Assembly (NCBI GenBank): GCA_964350165.1 | Contig: CAYGJA010000003.1 | Coordinates: forward strand, 4,233 to 68,232 | DNA: 64,000 nt | Direction of reading: 5' to 3' | DNA from: an uncultured Candidatus Saccharibacteria bacterium | GTDB lineage: Bacteria > Patescibacteriota > Minisyncoccia > Phycocordibacterales > UBA1006 | Part shown: one piece after another, positions 1 through 7,141 of the stretch | Layout: each line of letters starts with the position of its first letter | How positions within the stretch are numbered: position 1 is the stretch's first letter | The notes under the pieces: generated by a model | Databases searched by the model: none | What the model was told of the DNA's origin: nothing | The model's input: only the letters and a program-made list of their open reading frames with translations | Translations under genes and position numbers: made by a program

Positions 1-358
1 TGCTCCCAACCAATGTCCCGCGATCCGAAGTTGGCCCCTCGAGATTCGCGACCACCAAATCATACGACCTCAGTCGCTCTGCAACATATTGAAAGGGAAA
101 ATCATAATCCGCCTTGGCGTTAGTTATCTTTCCCAGAACTCCTCGGTCCAGCATAATGTCTCCCAAAAAAAGCAGCTTGGTCGTGGTCGGAGCAGTCAAA
201 GAACTTCTCTCTGTTGATGCTTCTTTTTTAAAAAACGAAACCTGGTCCACATCCAAAACATCAATCAGATACTCGACTCGATGAACAAAACCCAAAGCAA
301 AAGCGATGGTTATCAAAAAAACTGCCACTAATGCAAAAATCCGCTGTGGCAAATTCAA
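1..358 (-). CDS. CapA/PGA_cap-family metallophosphatase (poly-gamma-glutamate/capsule biosynthesis-like), N-terminal part only; gene runs off the window start
   Basis: The minus-strand frame translates to ...NLPQRIFALVAVFLITIAFALGFVHR... (signal anchor) then ...TTTKLLFLGDIMLDRGVLGKITNAKADYDFPFQYVAERLRSYDLVVANLEGPTSD. The GD(I/V)MLxR ... D..F.N.E motif pair is characteristic of the CapA family. There is no in-frame ATG; TTG at 358 or 352 is a possible start. Absent from the ORF track because it is truncated. Confidence 0.6.
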   Translation of the reverse strand, partial: MNLPQRIFALVAVFLITIAFALGFVHRVEYLIDVLDVDQVSFFKKEASTERSSLTAPTTTKLLFLGDIMLDRGVLGKITNAKADYDFPFQYVAERLRSYDLVVANLEGPTSDRGTLVGS

Positions 359-377
359 CTCAAATTCTGACCAAAAA

Positions 378-1136
378 TTAGTTTGTGGAGATTTTTTCTT
401 TTTCATTGTCGATAGTGTTATTTTGTCGAATCAAATCAATGCCAGTCACCGCTCGCTCGCTGGTCACACATATACCGGCCAAGGCACCATCCAGAAAAAC
501 AAACCCTCCAGAAAAACAACCCGGAACAACCTGAAGACTTAGTATGGCCCCTGAAACAACAAAAGTATCAGCCTGACTGACATAAGAGCGAACCAATCGT
601 CGCTCTTTGGTTCCGTACACAATTACATCTTGCCCCAAACTTGATTGTGCCGGAAAAGCAAAACCCTCGAAGTCTTTTGCGTGTAAAAAAACCAAATCTT
701 TGTAGGCAATTTCATAGACTCCCCCTTCGCCATATATACTGCCGTAACCCCCTTCTTTTGTGGTGGTGGCAACACGCAAAAGATCAGAGAGCACAAGATA
801 GCCATCTTTGGTAATAGCCAAAATCTGATCATCAAAACCAGCAATTGTTGCGGCTGCTTTTTTTTCTGAGACACCGGCGACTTGCGGAACCGGTATTGCC
901 GCCTGCACCGAAGCCAACAAATCTTCTCTAATAGAATCTAGTTCCGCATCGACAATACGTTCCCGCTGATATTCGTTTACATTATTCACCACCTGAGTAA
1001 TAGATAACGGAGTATCTGCCAGCAAAGCAATCGAAATGATTGTGGTGGCAATAGATACCACAAAAGTCACCAGAATATTAAGCAGCACCAGCTGAGCAGA
1101 ATTGAGCGAAGACATGTTGTCATTATACAGGCTCAT
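378..1136 (-). CDS. Membrane-anchored trypsin-like serine peptidase-like protein (S1/HtrA-like fold, tentative)
   Basis: 252-aa ORF with an N-terminal hydrophobic anchor (LVLLNILVTFVVSIATTIISIALL). Its C-terminal region DLVFLHAKD...VIVYGT...VVPGCFSGGFVFLDGALAGICV resembles the Trypsin_2 pattern (DlAvl ... G..v.viG ... GxSGGpl.n.dG.lvGi). Confidence 0.4.
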   Translation of the reverse strand: MSLYNDNMSSLNSAQLVLLNILVTFVVSIATTIISIALLADTPLSITQVVNNVNEYQRERIVDAELDSIREDLLASVQAAIPVPQVAGVSEKKAAATIAGFDDQILAITKDGYLVLSDLLRVATTTKEGGYGSIYGEGGVYEIAYKDLVFLHAKDFEGFAFPAQSSLGQDVIVYGTKERRLVRSYVSQADTFVVSGAILSLQVVPGCFSGGFVFLDGALAGICVTSERAVTGIDLIRQNNTIDNEKEKISTN

Positions 1137-2398
1137 AGATACTTTGCGGCTACTGCGTGTATTTGTTCCAGGGCATATTCAACATCAGCCAAGGTTGTCA
1201 TTTTTCCCAAAGAAACCCGAACACTGCCAGTGGTTAGAATAAGATTTTTTTGAGGATGATTGTTGTACATGGCCGCCAGAACATGCGAAGCGTCCTCGTC
1301 ATCAGTACTACAAGCCGCTCTGGCAGCCACATATACTCCCCGTTCAGCCAATTCGATTACCAACAGCTCACCATTGATACCCGGAATGGTGAAATTCAAA
1401 ATATGAGGAGATTGTGCCTGGAGTAAGCCTTCATGAACAATCAACTGTTTATTTATTTTTTTTAATCCTTCTAGGAAATAATTTCGCAAATCTAAAAACT
1501 GCGTGCTACACACAGGCCAATTTTCTCGAGCACGAACAAAAGCCTGGCTACCCCCAATAATTGCCGCAACGTTCTCGGTACCAGAACGGTATCCTCGCTC
1601 TTGGCCACCTCCCTCGAACAAAGCAGGCAACTTTGCTCGCCTTGTTTTATACAGAAAACCAACCCCCTTGGGACCGTATATTTTTTGGCTACTTAACGTC
1701 ATCAAATCTAGACCCGAAATAATACCTGCAAAATCAGAACAAATTGTCGCCTGCACCGCGTCACTATGCACAAAAGGAAAATGCGTCTGGTGTTGTTTCC
1801 GGTGATGACGAACCAGCTTGGCTATTTCTCGCAATGGTTGCATCACACCGGTCTCGTTGTTTACATAATGAACACTGACCAAGGCTGTGTTTTCGTGCAA
1901 TTGCTCTCGAATAAACCCCAGATCAACTATCCCAGTTTTATCGACGAGGATTTGAATCAAGTCAATCTCGCCCCTCTTGGCCATACCAAGACAAAGGTTA
2001 CGAACCGATGGATGTTCCGTGGCTGTAATCATTACTGTTGGTCTGTTTATTCCCGAATCCTTAGCAGCCATTACTGTACCAACAATAGCCATTTGATTAG
2101 CTTCGGTTGACCCTCCCGTAAAAAAAATCTCATCTGCAGTCACCCCAAGTGCTTTGGCGACTTGGGTACGAGACTGCTCGATATCATTTTTTATCGACAC
2201 TGCCGGACCATATAACGCTCCTGGGTTAAAAAAACGCTCATTTTGATAGGGTTCCATTAGAGCGACAGTGTCGAGATCAACGGGAGTTGAAGCCGCATAG
2301 TCCAAATACACTACTCGTTGGGTTTTTTGCTTGCGCTGATTGTTTCCAAATAAAAACATATTGAATTTCATTGTATAATGCGCCCAGTGAATGACCAA
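1133..2398 (-). CDS. Cysteine desulfurase (class V aminotransferase, IscS/NifS family)
   Basis: YLDYAASTPVD N-terminal motif; PLP-lysine region SSQKIYGPKGVGFLY; ...GTENVAAIIG...; 421 aa. The real start may be the internal Met MFLFGNNQ. Confidence 0.85.
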   Translation of the reverse strand: MVIHWAHYTMKFNMFLFGNNQRKQKTQRVVYLDYAASTPVDLDTVALMEPYQNERFFNPGALYGPAVSIKNDIEQSRTQVAKALGVTADEIFFTGGSTEANQMAIVGTVMAAKDSGINRPTVMITATEHPSVRNLCLGMAKRGEIDLIQILVDKTGIVDLGFIREQLHENTALVSVHYVNNETGVMQPLREIAKLVRHHRKQHQTHFPFVHSDAVQATICSDFAGIISGLDLMTLSSQKIYGPKGVGFLYKTRRAKLPALFEGGGQERGYRSGTENVAAIIGGSQAFVRARENWPVCSTQFLDLRNYFLEGLKKINKQLIVHEGLLQAQSPHILNFTIPGINGELLVIELAERGVYVAARAACSTDDEDASHVLAAMYNNHPQKNLILTTGSVRVSLGKMTTLADVEYALEQIHAVAAKYL

Positions 2399-2851
2399 CT
2401 ACTTATTGGCATACTTGTTGGCATGGGCATCATCACCCTTGTTTTACTCATTCTCGTACTACACCTTCGGCGTCGACTTGGTTTTTTTATGCGTGGACAA
2501 GACGGCAGTAGCCTCGAGGAACTCCTCCAAGACGCGCTCTACACTATTGAACGCCTCGAACAAGCCCAACTGGCCGCGCTCAAACACCAAAAAACCATGG
2601 AGAAAAAATTGCGTCAATGTATTCGAACTCCCGCTACTCTTCGCTTCAATCCTTTTCGTGATGCGGGTAGCAATCAAAGCTTTGCCACTTCTTTTATTGA
2701 CGAAACCGGTAACGGTGTTGTCTTGTCTAGCCTCTACACCCAAGGCAAAACTAGCGTCTTTGCCAAACCAGTGGCTGAGTTTGTTTCGGAGTATGATTTG
2801 ACCGAAGAAGAGTCACACGTCTTGCAACACAGTAAAAACCAGGTATTGTAG
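2378..2851 (+). CDS. DUF4446-family protein (N-terminal TM helix, coiled-coil, LRFNPFRDAG...SFA core)
   Basis: 157-aa ORF with a TM helix (LLIGILVGMGIITLVLLILVL) followed by ...TLRFNPFRDAGSNQSFATSFIDETGNGVVLSSLY..., matching the conserved core of DUF4446 proteins as I recall it. Confidence 0.5.
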   Translation: MRPVNDQLLIGILVGMGIITLVLLILVLHLRRRLGFFMRGQDGSSLEELLQDALYTIERLEQAQLAALKHQKTMEKKLRQCIRTPATLRFNPFRDAGSNQSFATSFIDETGNGVVLSSLYTQGKTSVFAKPVAEFVSEYDLTEEESHVLQHSKNQVL

Positions 2852-2855
2852 TCCT

Positions 2856-4349
2856 ATGAGTAAGAACTCCCAACAAACGCGGCCACCCGTGGTCGCCATC
2901 ATGGGCCACGTTGATCATGGAAAATCAACGCTTCTTGATTACATCAGAAAAAGCAATGTCGTCGACGGAGAAGCGGGTGGTATTACCCAACATATTGCAG
3001 CTTACGAAGTGGAGCACACGAACGCAGCTGGCGACATCAAAAAAATAACCTTTATCGACACTCCTGGTCACGCTGCTTTTACTGGTATGCGTGAATGCGG
3101 AGCCAGTGCTGCCGACATTGCCATTCTAATTGTGTCAGCCGAAGATAGCGTTAAGGCACAGACAGTCGAAGCCATCCAGACCATAAAAAACAACAAAGTC
3201 CCTTTTTTGGTGGCTATCAACAAAATAGACCGCCCCAACGCCAACGTAGAAAAAGTAAAATCAGACTTACTAGAACACAGTATCTATGTCGAAGGTTTTG
3301 GTGGCGATACTCCCTGGGTAGCTATTTCTGCCAAAACTGGCGAAGGTGTCGAGGACTTACTCGAAACCGTCTTGCTTCTTGCAGAAATGGAAGAATTTAC
3401 AGGTAATCCCGACGCAAATGCCGAGGGCTTTGTCATTGAATCTCACATGGACGCCAAACGCGGAGTATCCGCCACGCTTGTTGTAAAAAATGGCAGTCTC
3501 ACCCCGGGGCAATTTATCGTGGTGGGTGACGCCGTAGCCAAAAGCCGCCTCGTCGAAAACTTTGCTGGCAAACAAGTAAAGAACGCCACTTTTTCTTCTC
3601 CCATTACCGTAATTGGATTTGATTCACTACCAGCTGTTGGAGAAAAATTCCAAACTTATTCCAGCAAAAAAGAATCGGAATCCGCCGTAACCGATCACAA
3701 AGAAATCATTGCCGCCTTGGGTGATGCAGCCGTAGGACTATCTTGCACTGCGGTTATTCCCCTAATCCTCAAAGCCGATACCACTGGTACGCTCGAAGCG
3801 ATTCAGGGAGAGATAGCCAAACTCAATACCGCTGAATTTGGCTACAAAATCATCAAAGCTGGCATTGGGACCATCAACGAATCAGATCTTCAGATTGCAA
3901 CCTCGGACGACAGTTCCATTATTGTTGGTTTTAGCGTTGATATCGATAAAAAAGTAACGGATTCCAACGACGCTCAGAACGTAACCATCGAAACCTTTGA
4001 CATTATCTACAAACTTACCGAGTGGCTCGCCGATGAACACGAAAAAAGACGCCCGCGCAAAATGGTAGAAAAAAACACCGGTAGCGCCAAGGTTCTCAAA
4101 GTATTCAGTGTAAACAAAGACAAACAAGTCGTTGGTTGCAAAATGCAAACAGGCGAATTGTCAGTCAAAGATTCTTTTCAACTCATTCGTCGAGAAAACA
4201 CTCTTGGCCGGGGTGTTATTCATAATATCGAGCAAGCCAAAGCAAAAATAACCACCGTCAAAGATGGCGAATTCGGAATGATGGTCGAATCAAAATACGA
4301 AATAGCTCCGGGCGACACCATAACTGCCACTATTACCGAAGAAGTCTAA
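2856..4349 (+). CDS. infB: Translation initiation factor IF-2, short form (G domain plus C-terminal domains, no long N-terminal region)
   Basis: VVAIMGHVDHGKSTLLDYIRK (G1), DTPGHAAF (G3), NKID (G4), ...EAGGITQHIAAYEV; followed directly by rbfA, the conserved infB-rbfA order. Only 497 aa. Confidence 0.9.
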   Translation: MSKNSQQTRPPVVAIMGHVDHGKSTLLDYIRKSNVVDGEAGGITQHIAAYEVEHTNAAGDIKKITFIDTPGHAAFTGMRECGASAADIAILIVSAEDSVKAQTVEAIQTIKNNKVPFLVAINKIDRPNANVEKVKSDLLEHSIYVEGFGGDTPWVAISAKTGEGVEDLLETVLLLAEMEEFTGNPDANAEGFVIESHMDAKRGVSATLVVKNGSLTPGQFIVVGDAVAKSRLVENFAGKQVKNATFSSPITVIGFDSLPAVGEKFQTYSSKKESESAVTDHKEIIAALGDAAVGLSCTAVIPLILKADTTGTLEAIQGEIAKLNTAEFGYKIIKAGIGTINESDLQIATSDDSSIIVGFSVDIDKKVTDSNDAQNVTIETFDIIYKLTEWLADEHEKRRPRKMVEKNTGSAKVLKVFSVNKDKQVVGCKMQTGELSVKDSFQLIRRENTLGRGVIHNIEQAKAKITTVKDGEFGMMVESKYEIAPGDTITATITEEV

Positions 4350-4354
4350 ATACT

Positions 4355-4708
4355 ATGCACACACCACAGCCGCGCTCCAATAGACAACTTCGCGTCAATC
4401 AATCTTTGCAAATGATTGTAAGTGATTTTTTGAACCAAAATTCTAACCGCCTATCCCTCATTACAGTGACCCGCTGCGATGTTGCCCCCAACCTGAGCAG
4501 CGCCGTTGCTTATATTAGTGTTATTCCCGACGACAAAGAAGCCCAGGCTATCGAATTTCTCAAGCGTCGCCAATACGACCTCCATCAATTCGTCAAAGAA
4601 AAAAGCGAGCTTCGTCGAGCCCCCCGAGTCAGATTTGAAATAGACAAGGGCGAAAAAAACAGACAGCTCATTGATCAGCTGTCCCGCACCATCGAAGAGG
4701 AGGAGTAG
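4355..4708 (+). CDS. rbfA: Ribosome-binding factor A
   Basis: 117 aa; LRVNQSLQMIVSDFL...LITVTRCDVAPNLSSAVAYISV...APRVRFEID matches the RbfA pattern; positioned immediately after infB. Confidence 0.8.
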   Translation: MHTPQPRSNRQLRVNQSLQMIVSDFLNQNSNRLSLITVTRCDVAPNLSSAVAYISVIPDDKEAQAIEFLKRRQYDLHQFVKEKSELRRAPRVRFEIDKGEKNRQLIDQLSRTIEEEE

Positions 4709-4748
4709 TTCCAAAACAGGGGGCGTTTATGGTACGATGCCTCAAGCT

Positions 4749-4820
4749 GGCGTGGTGGTGAAGTGGTAACACTACGGTCTGCAAAACCGTCATGCGCGGG
4801 TTCGATTCCCGCCCACGCCT
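4749..4820 (+). tRNA. tRNA-Cys (anticodon GCA), 72 nt, no encoded CCA
   Basis: Acceptor GGCGTGG/CCACGCC; anticodon stem ACGGT/ACCGT with loop CTGCAAA (U33, GCA, A37); T arm GCGGG-TTCGATT-CCCGC; discriminator T. Confidence 0.85.
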
Positions 4821-4822
4821 CA

Positions 4823-5011
4823 TATGACATTAGGTCGAGGGACAGTAGTCCTTCGGCCTTTTGTTATACATGGTGTTGCGGGAATCGAAAGACGGAGGCC
4901 GCGAAGCCGCCCGCAGGGCGTGGCCGAGTCAGGGTCGTGAGCGTATATTTTCTTAACTGCGTAGCAGTTTTTGAAAATAACGACTCCTGACCGATTCCCG
5001 CCCACGCCTCA
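4823..5011 (+). repeat. tRNA-3'-associated element copy 1: ~169 nt GC-rich insert beginning (T)ATGACATTAGGTC, followed by a 20-nt direct repeat (4992-5011) of the tRNA-Cys 3' end (4803-4822)
   Basis: CGATTCCCGCCCACGCCTCA occurs at 4803-4822 (T-loop to 3' end plus CA) and again at 4992-5011. The intervening sequence is homologous to the insert after tRNA-Leu(TAG) at 6885-7064, sharing ATGACATTAGGTC, GGCCTTTTGT and GCGGGAAT.G.A.GA.GGCCGC blocks. Confidence 0.7.
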
Positions 5012-5013
5012 AG

Positions 5014-5059
5014 AAAACAAATCCCCCGCAAAGCGAAAGCTTTGCGGGGGATTTGTTTA
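5014..5059. terminator. Bidirectional intrinsic terminator between the tRNA-Cys unit (+) and tRNA-Leu(TAA) (-)
   Basis: Perfect inverted repeat AAACAAATCCCCCGCAAAGC-gaaa-GCTTTGCGGGGGATTTGTTT: a 20-bp stem flanked by A/T runs on both sides. Confidence 0.75.
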
Positions 5060-5065
5060 AAAATG

Positions 5066-5150
5066 TGCCGGAGGCGGGACTTGAACCCGCACGCCGTATA
5101 AGGGCAAGGGATTTTAAGTCCCCCGTGTCTACCGATTCCACCACCCCGGC
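5066..5150 (-). tRNA. tRNA-Leu (anticodon TAA), type II with long variable arm, 85 nt
   Basis: Minus-strand sense: GCCGGGG-TGGTGGAATCGGTAGACACG-GGGGA-CTTAAAA-TCCCT-TGCCCTTATACGGCGT-GCGGG-TTCAAGT-CCCGC-CTCCGGC-A. Anticodon loop CTTAAAA gives UAA. Confidence 0.85.
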
Positions 5151-5214
5151 AAGGTTTCGGTACGAGCAGTATGCTAGAAACGTCAGGGATATTCAAGCGG
5201 TATACTTAAGGACA

Positions 5215-6645
5215 ATGAAAAAAACAACCATCTACTACGATGCAGACTGTCCAACCTGCACTGTTTATATGAATTCTAGCCAAGTCACAGGACTAGAATG
5301 GCAACCTAATACAAACTCGGATTCAAAAAATAAAGACAAAGAAATCTTGGCCACCACTGCGGATGGCGAGACCGTCGGTAATATCGAGGTTCTGGCCCTC
5401 ATAGAATCAGCCAAAGGCAACACTCGGCGAGCGACCTTGCTTCGCAATCCCTGGCTACAACCAGTGCTCAGAATAGGCTACCGCCTGGTGGCTCATTATC
5501 GCAAATACCTAACCGGGCCACAGTCGACCTTTTTTTGGATCAAGACTCTGATTGGCATTGGCCTCCTGGGGGCCTCAGTTGCCTCCTGGCGACTCTGGAC
5601 CAGCTGGCATGACTTTCCGGCCGCTCCACTCCTAGGAAGGGCGGGAGAATGGCTCTTTGAATACGGTTCACCAGTGCTCGGACTCGTCTATCTGACTGCT
5701 CTTTTGGGGCTTATTTTCACCAAAAAGAAAACGAGCTTTTTTGTACTTATACTTTTGGGAGTCAGTGCACTGCTGGTAATCGGAGACCTCAATCGCCTGC
5801 GTCCCTGGTTATATGAATTCCTGTTGCTGCTCAGTGCTCTCCTACTGTTCGACACAAAGAAACCGAACGTTATCCCCGCCTCATTCCTGGTTATTCTGGC
5901 CGGGACCTATTTCTGGGGTGGTGTACACAAATTAAATAGCTATTTTGTTCACGAAATCTTTCCTTGGTTTATCTCCCCCATCACCGGCGGAAATCTTGGA
6001 GCAACTCCAGAAACAGCCCTGGCCCTTTTTGTTGTGGCGGTAGAGGTAAGCATAGGGGCTCTTTTGTTAAACAAAAAAACCAGACTTTTTGCGGCTATCC
6101 TTGCCACTCCTACTCATCTTTTTATTGTTACTGTACTTCCTATTGGGCACCACTGGGGATATGTTATTTTCTTTTGGAACTTGGCCCTGCTGGGGATTGT
6201 CTGGCTGAGCACCAAAACAACTTTTGTGCGCGGTCATTCGATTGCCCTGGCGTTAGCAGTCATCCTAGCTTGGTTACTACCGGTCGGGAATTTATTTGGG
6301 ATTTGGGATAATTATCTATCCAGCGCACTCTATGCCCACGAAACCGATCATGGATACATTGTTGTTTCGAATGCCTCACTAGCAGGACTTCCTGAGGGTG
6401 CACAGACGGCTGTTATTACTTGGCCCCACGAACCCAACACCATCGCCATCAGTACGCTCATGTGGTCTTACGATAATTACAATACCGCGCTTTATACCAA
6501 CCCCAGGGTCTACACCGCCGCCCTCTCGGCTGTCTGCCAGATAGATAACACGGCCAAATTATATCTACGGGCACAGACTCGTTTGTTCCGAGAAAAACCA
6601 GGACAAATTGTCACCTGTGACATATTGCAAAAGCGGAGACGTTAG
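5215..6645 (+). CDS. DCC-family thiol-disulfide oxidoreductase (DUF393) fused to a large polytopic membrane domain (HTTM-like, tentative)
   Basis: N-terminus MKKTTIYYDADCPTCTVYMNSS carries the YDGDCPLC-type DUF393/DCC motif; the rest is 10+ predicted TM helices. The track ORF start at 5053 overlaps tRNA-Leu(TAA); ATG at 5215 is in frame and preferred. Confidence 0.55.
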   Translation: MKKTTIYYDADCPTCTVYMNSSQVTGLEWQPNTNSDSKNKDKEILATTADGETVGNIEVLALIESAKGNTRRATLLRNPWLQPVLRIGYRLVAHYRKYLTGPQSTFFWIKTLIGIGLLGASVASWRLWTSWHDFPAAPLLGRAGEWLFEYGSPVLGLVYLTALLGLIFTKKKTSFFVLILLGVSALLVIGDLNRLRPWLYEFLLLLSALLLFDTKKPNVIPASFLVILAGTYFWGGVHKLNSYFVHEIFPWFISPITGGNLGATPETALALFVVAVEVSIGALLLNKKTRLFAAILATPTHLFIVTVLPIGHHWGYVIFFWNLALLGIVWLSTKTTFVRGHSIALALAVILAWLLPVGNLFGIWDNYLSSALYAHETDHGYIVVSNASLAGLPEGAQTAVITWPHEPNTIAISTLMWSYDNYNTALYTNPRVYTAALSAVCQIDNTAKLYLRAQTRLFREKPGQIVTCDILQKRRR

Positions 6646-6663
6646 GATAAACTCGGAACACAT

Positions 6664-6736
6664 CCGCTCGTAGCTCAGTTGGTAGAGCAGCTGGCTCTTA
6701 ACCAGACGGTCGTAGGTTCGAATCCTACCGGGCGGA
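6664..6736 (+). tRNA. tRNA-Lys (anticodon CTT), 73 nt
   Basis: Acceptor CCGCTCG/CGGGCGG (one G.U); D arm GCTC-AGTTGGTA-GAGC; anticodon loop CTCTTAA gives CUU; T arm GTAGG-TTCGAAT-CCTAC; discriminator A. Confidence 0.8.
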
Positions 6737-6799
6737 CACGTCCGCCCGGAGCCAACCAAGCACCGAGCGGAAGTAGTCAATTTTTTGACAATAAAAGAT

Positions 6800-6884
6800 G
6801 CCGGAGTGGTGGAATTGGTAGACACGCTTGCCTTAGGAGCATGTGGGGTAACCCGTGCTGGTTCGAGTCCAGTCTCCGGCACCA
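6800..6884 (+). tRNA. tRNA-Leu (anticodon TAG), type II, 82 nt plus genomically encoded CCA (6882-6884)
   Basis: GCCGGAG-TG-GTGG-AATTGGTAGA-CAC...; anticodon stem CTTGC/GCATG with loop CTTAGGA gives UAG, G37; variable arm TGGGGTAACCCGTG; T arm CTGG-TTCGAGT-CCAG; acceptor 3' TCTCCGGC-A-CCA. Confidence 0.85.
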
Positions 6885-7085
6885 ATGACATTAGGTCTTG
6901 TTCTTTAGAACAGGGCCTTTTGTCATTTTGGCGGGAATGGACGAGAAGGCCGCAGCGGGGCCCCAAGGCGAGACCGAACAGGTCGACCATTGGGGAGCGA
7001 GGCGCGGGCCCGCAGTCCGAGAAATAATGACCGCAGGGAAATATATTTCTCGAGAACATGTGGGCGAGTCCAGTCTCCGGCACCA
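6885..7085 (+). repeat. tRNA-3'-associated element copy 2: ~180 nt GC-rich insert beginning ATGACATTAGGTC directly after the CCA of tRNA-Leu(TAG), followed by a 21-nt direct repeat (7065-7085) of the tRNA 3' end (6864-6884)
   Basis: CGAGTCCAGTCTCCGGCACCA is present at 6864-6884 (T-loop to CCA) and again at 7065-7085. Insert is homologous to copy 1 at 4823-4991. Confidence 0.7.
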
Positions 7086-7118
7086 AAACAAAAACCCTCA
7101 TTTGAGGGTTTTTGTTTT
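7086..7118. terminator. Bidirectional intrinsic terminator (AAAACCCTCA-tt-TGAGGGTTTT flanked by A and T runs)
   Basis: aaaacaaaaaccctcatttgagggtttttgtttt lies between the tRNA/element unit (+) and the 3' end of the minus-strand gene ending at 7142. Confidence 0.7.
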
Positions 7119-7141
7119 GGTTGTTTTATTTATTTCTGGTT

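Noticed and set aside
306-542. 78-aa plus-strand ORF 306-542
   Set aside because: It overlaps the 3' end of the trypsin-like gene and the 5' end of the CapA-like gene on the minus strand, and has no support of its own.
4763-5196. Small ORFs across the tRNA-Cys/mini-element region (4763-4990 +, 4820-5005 -, 4864-5196 -, 4953-5144 -), and likewise 6565-7101 -, 6679-6888 +, 6785-7027 +, 6898-7308 + around the second element
   Set aside because: They overlap tRNA genes, the GC-rich inserts and terminator hairpins. The open frames are a GC-richness artefact. There is no start context and no protein-like composition.
5053-5214. Annotated start of the 530-aa ORF at 5053
   Set aside because: The first 54 codons overlap tRNA-Leu(TAA) on the opposite strand and the terminator hairpin. 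The in-frame ATG at 5215 gives the canonical DUF393 N-terminus (MKKTTIYYDADCP).
4823-7085. The tRNA-adjacent inserts as group I/II introns or as a second degraded tRNA copy
   Set aside because: Both upstream tRNAs are complete and uninterrupted, so nothing is inside the tRNA. The inserts are too short for group I/II introns. Their shared 5' sequence (ATGACATTAGGTC) is not tRNA-like, so they are not decayed tandem tRNA duplicates.
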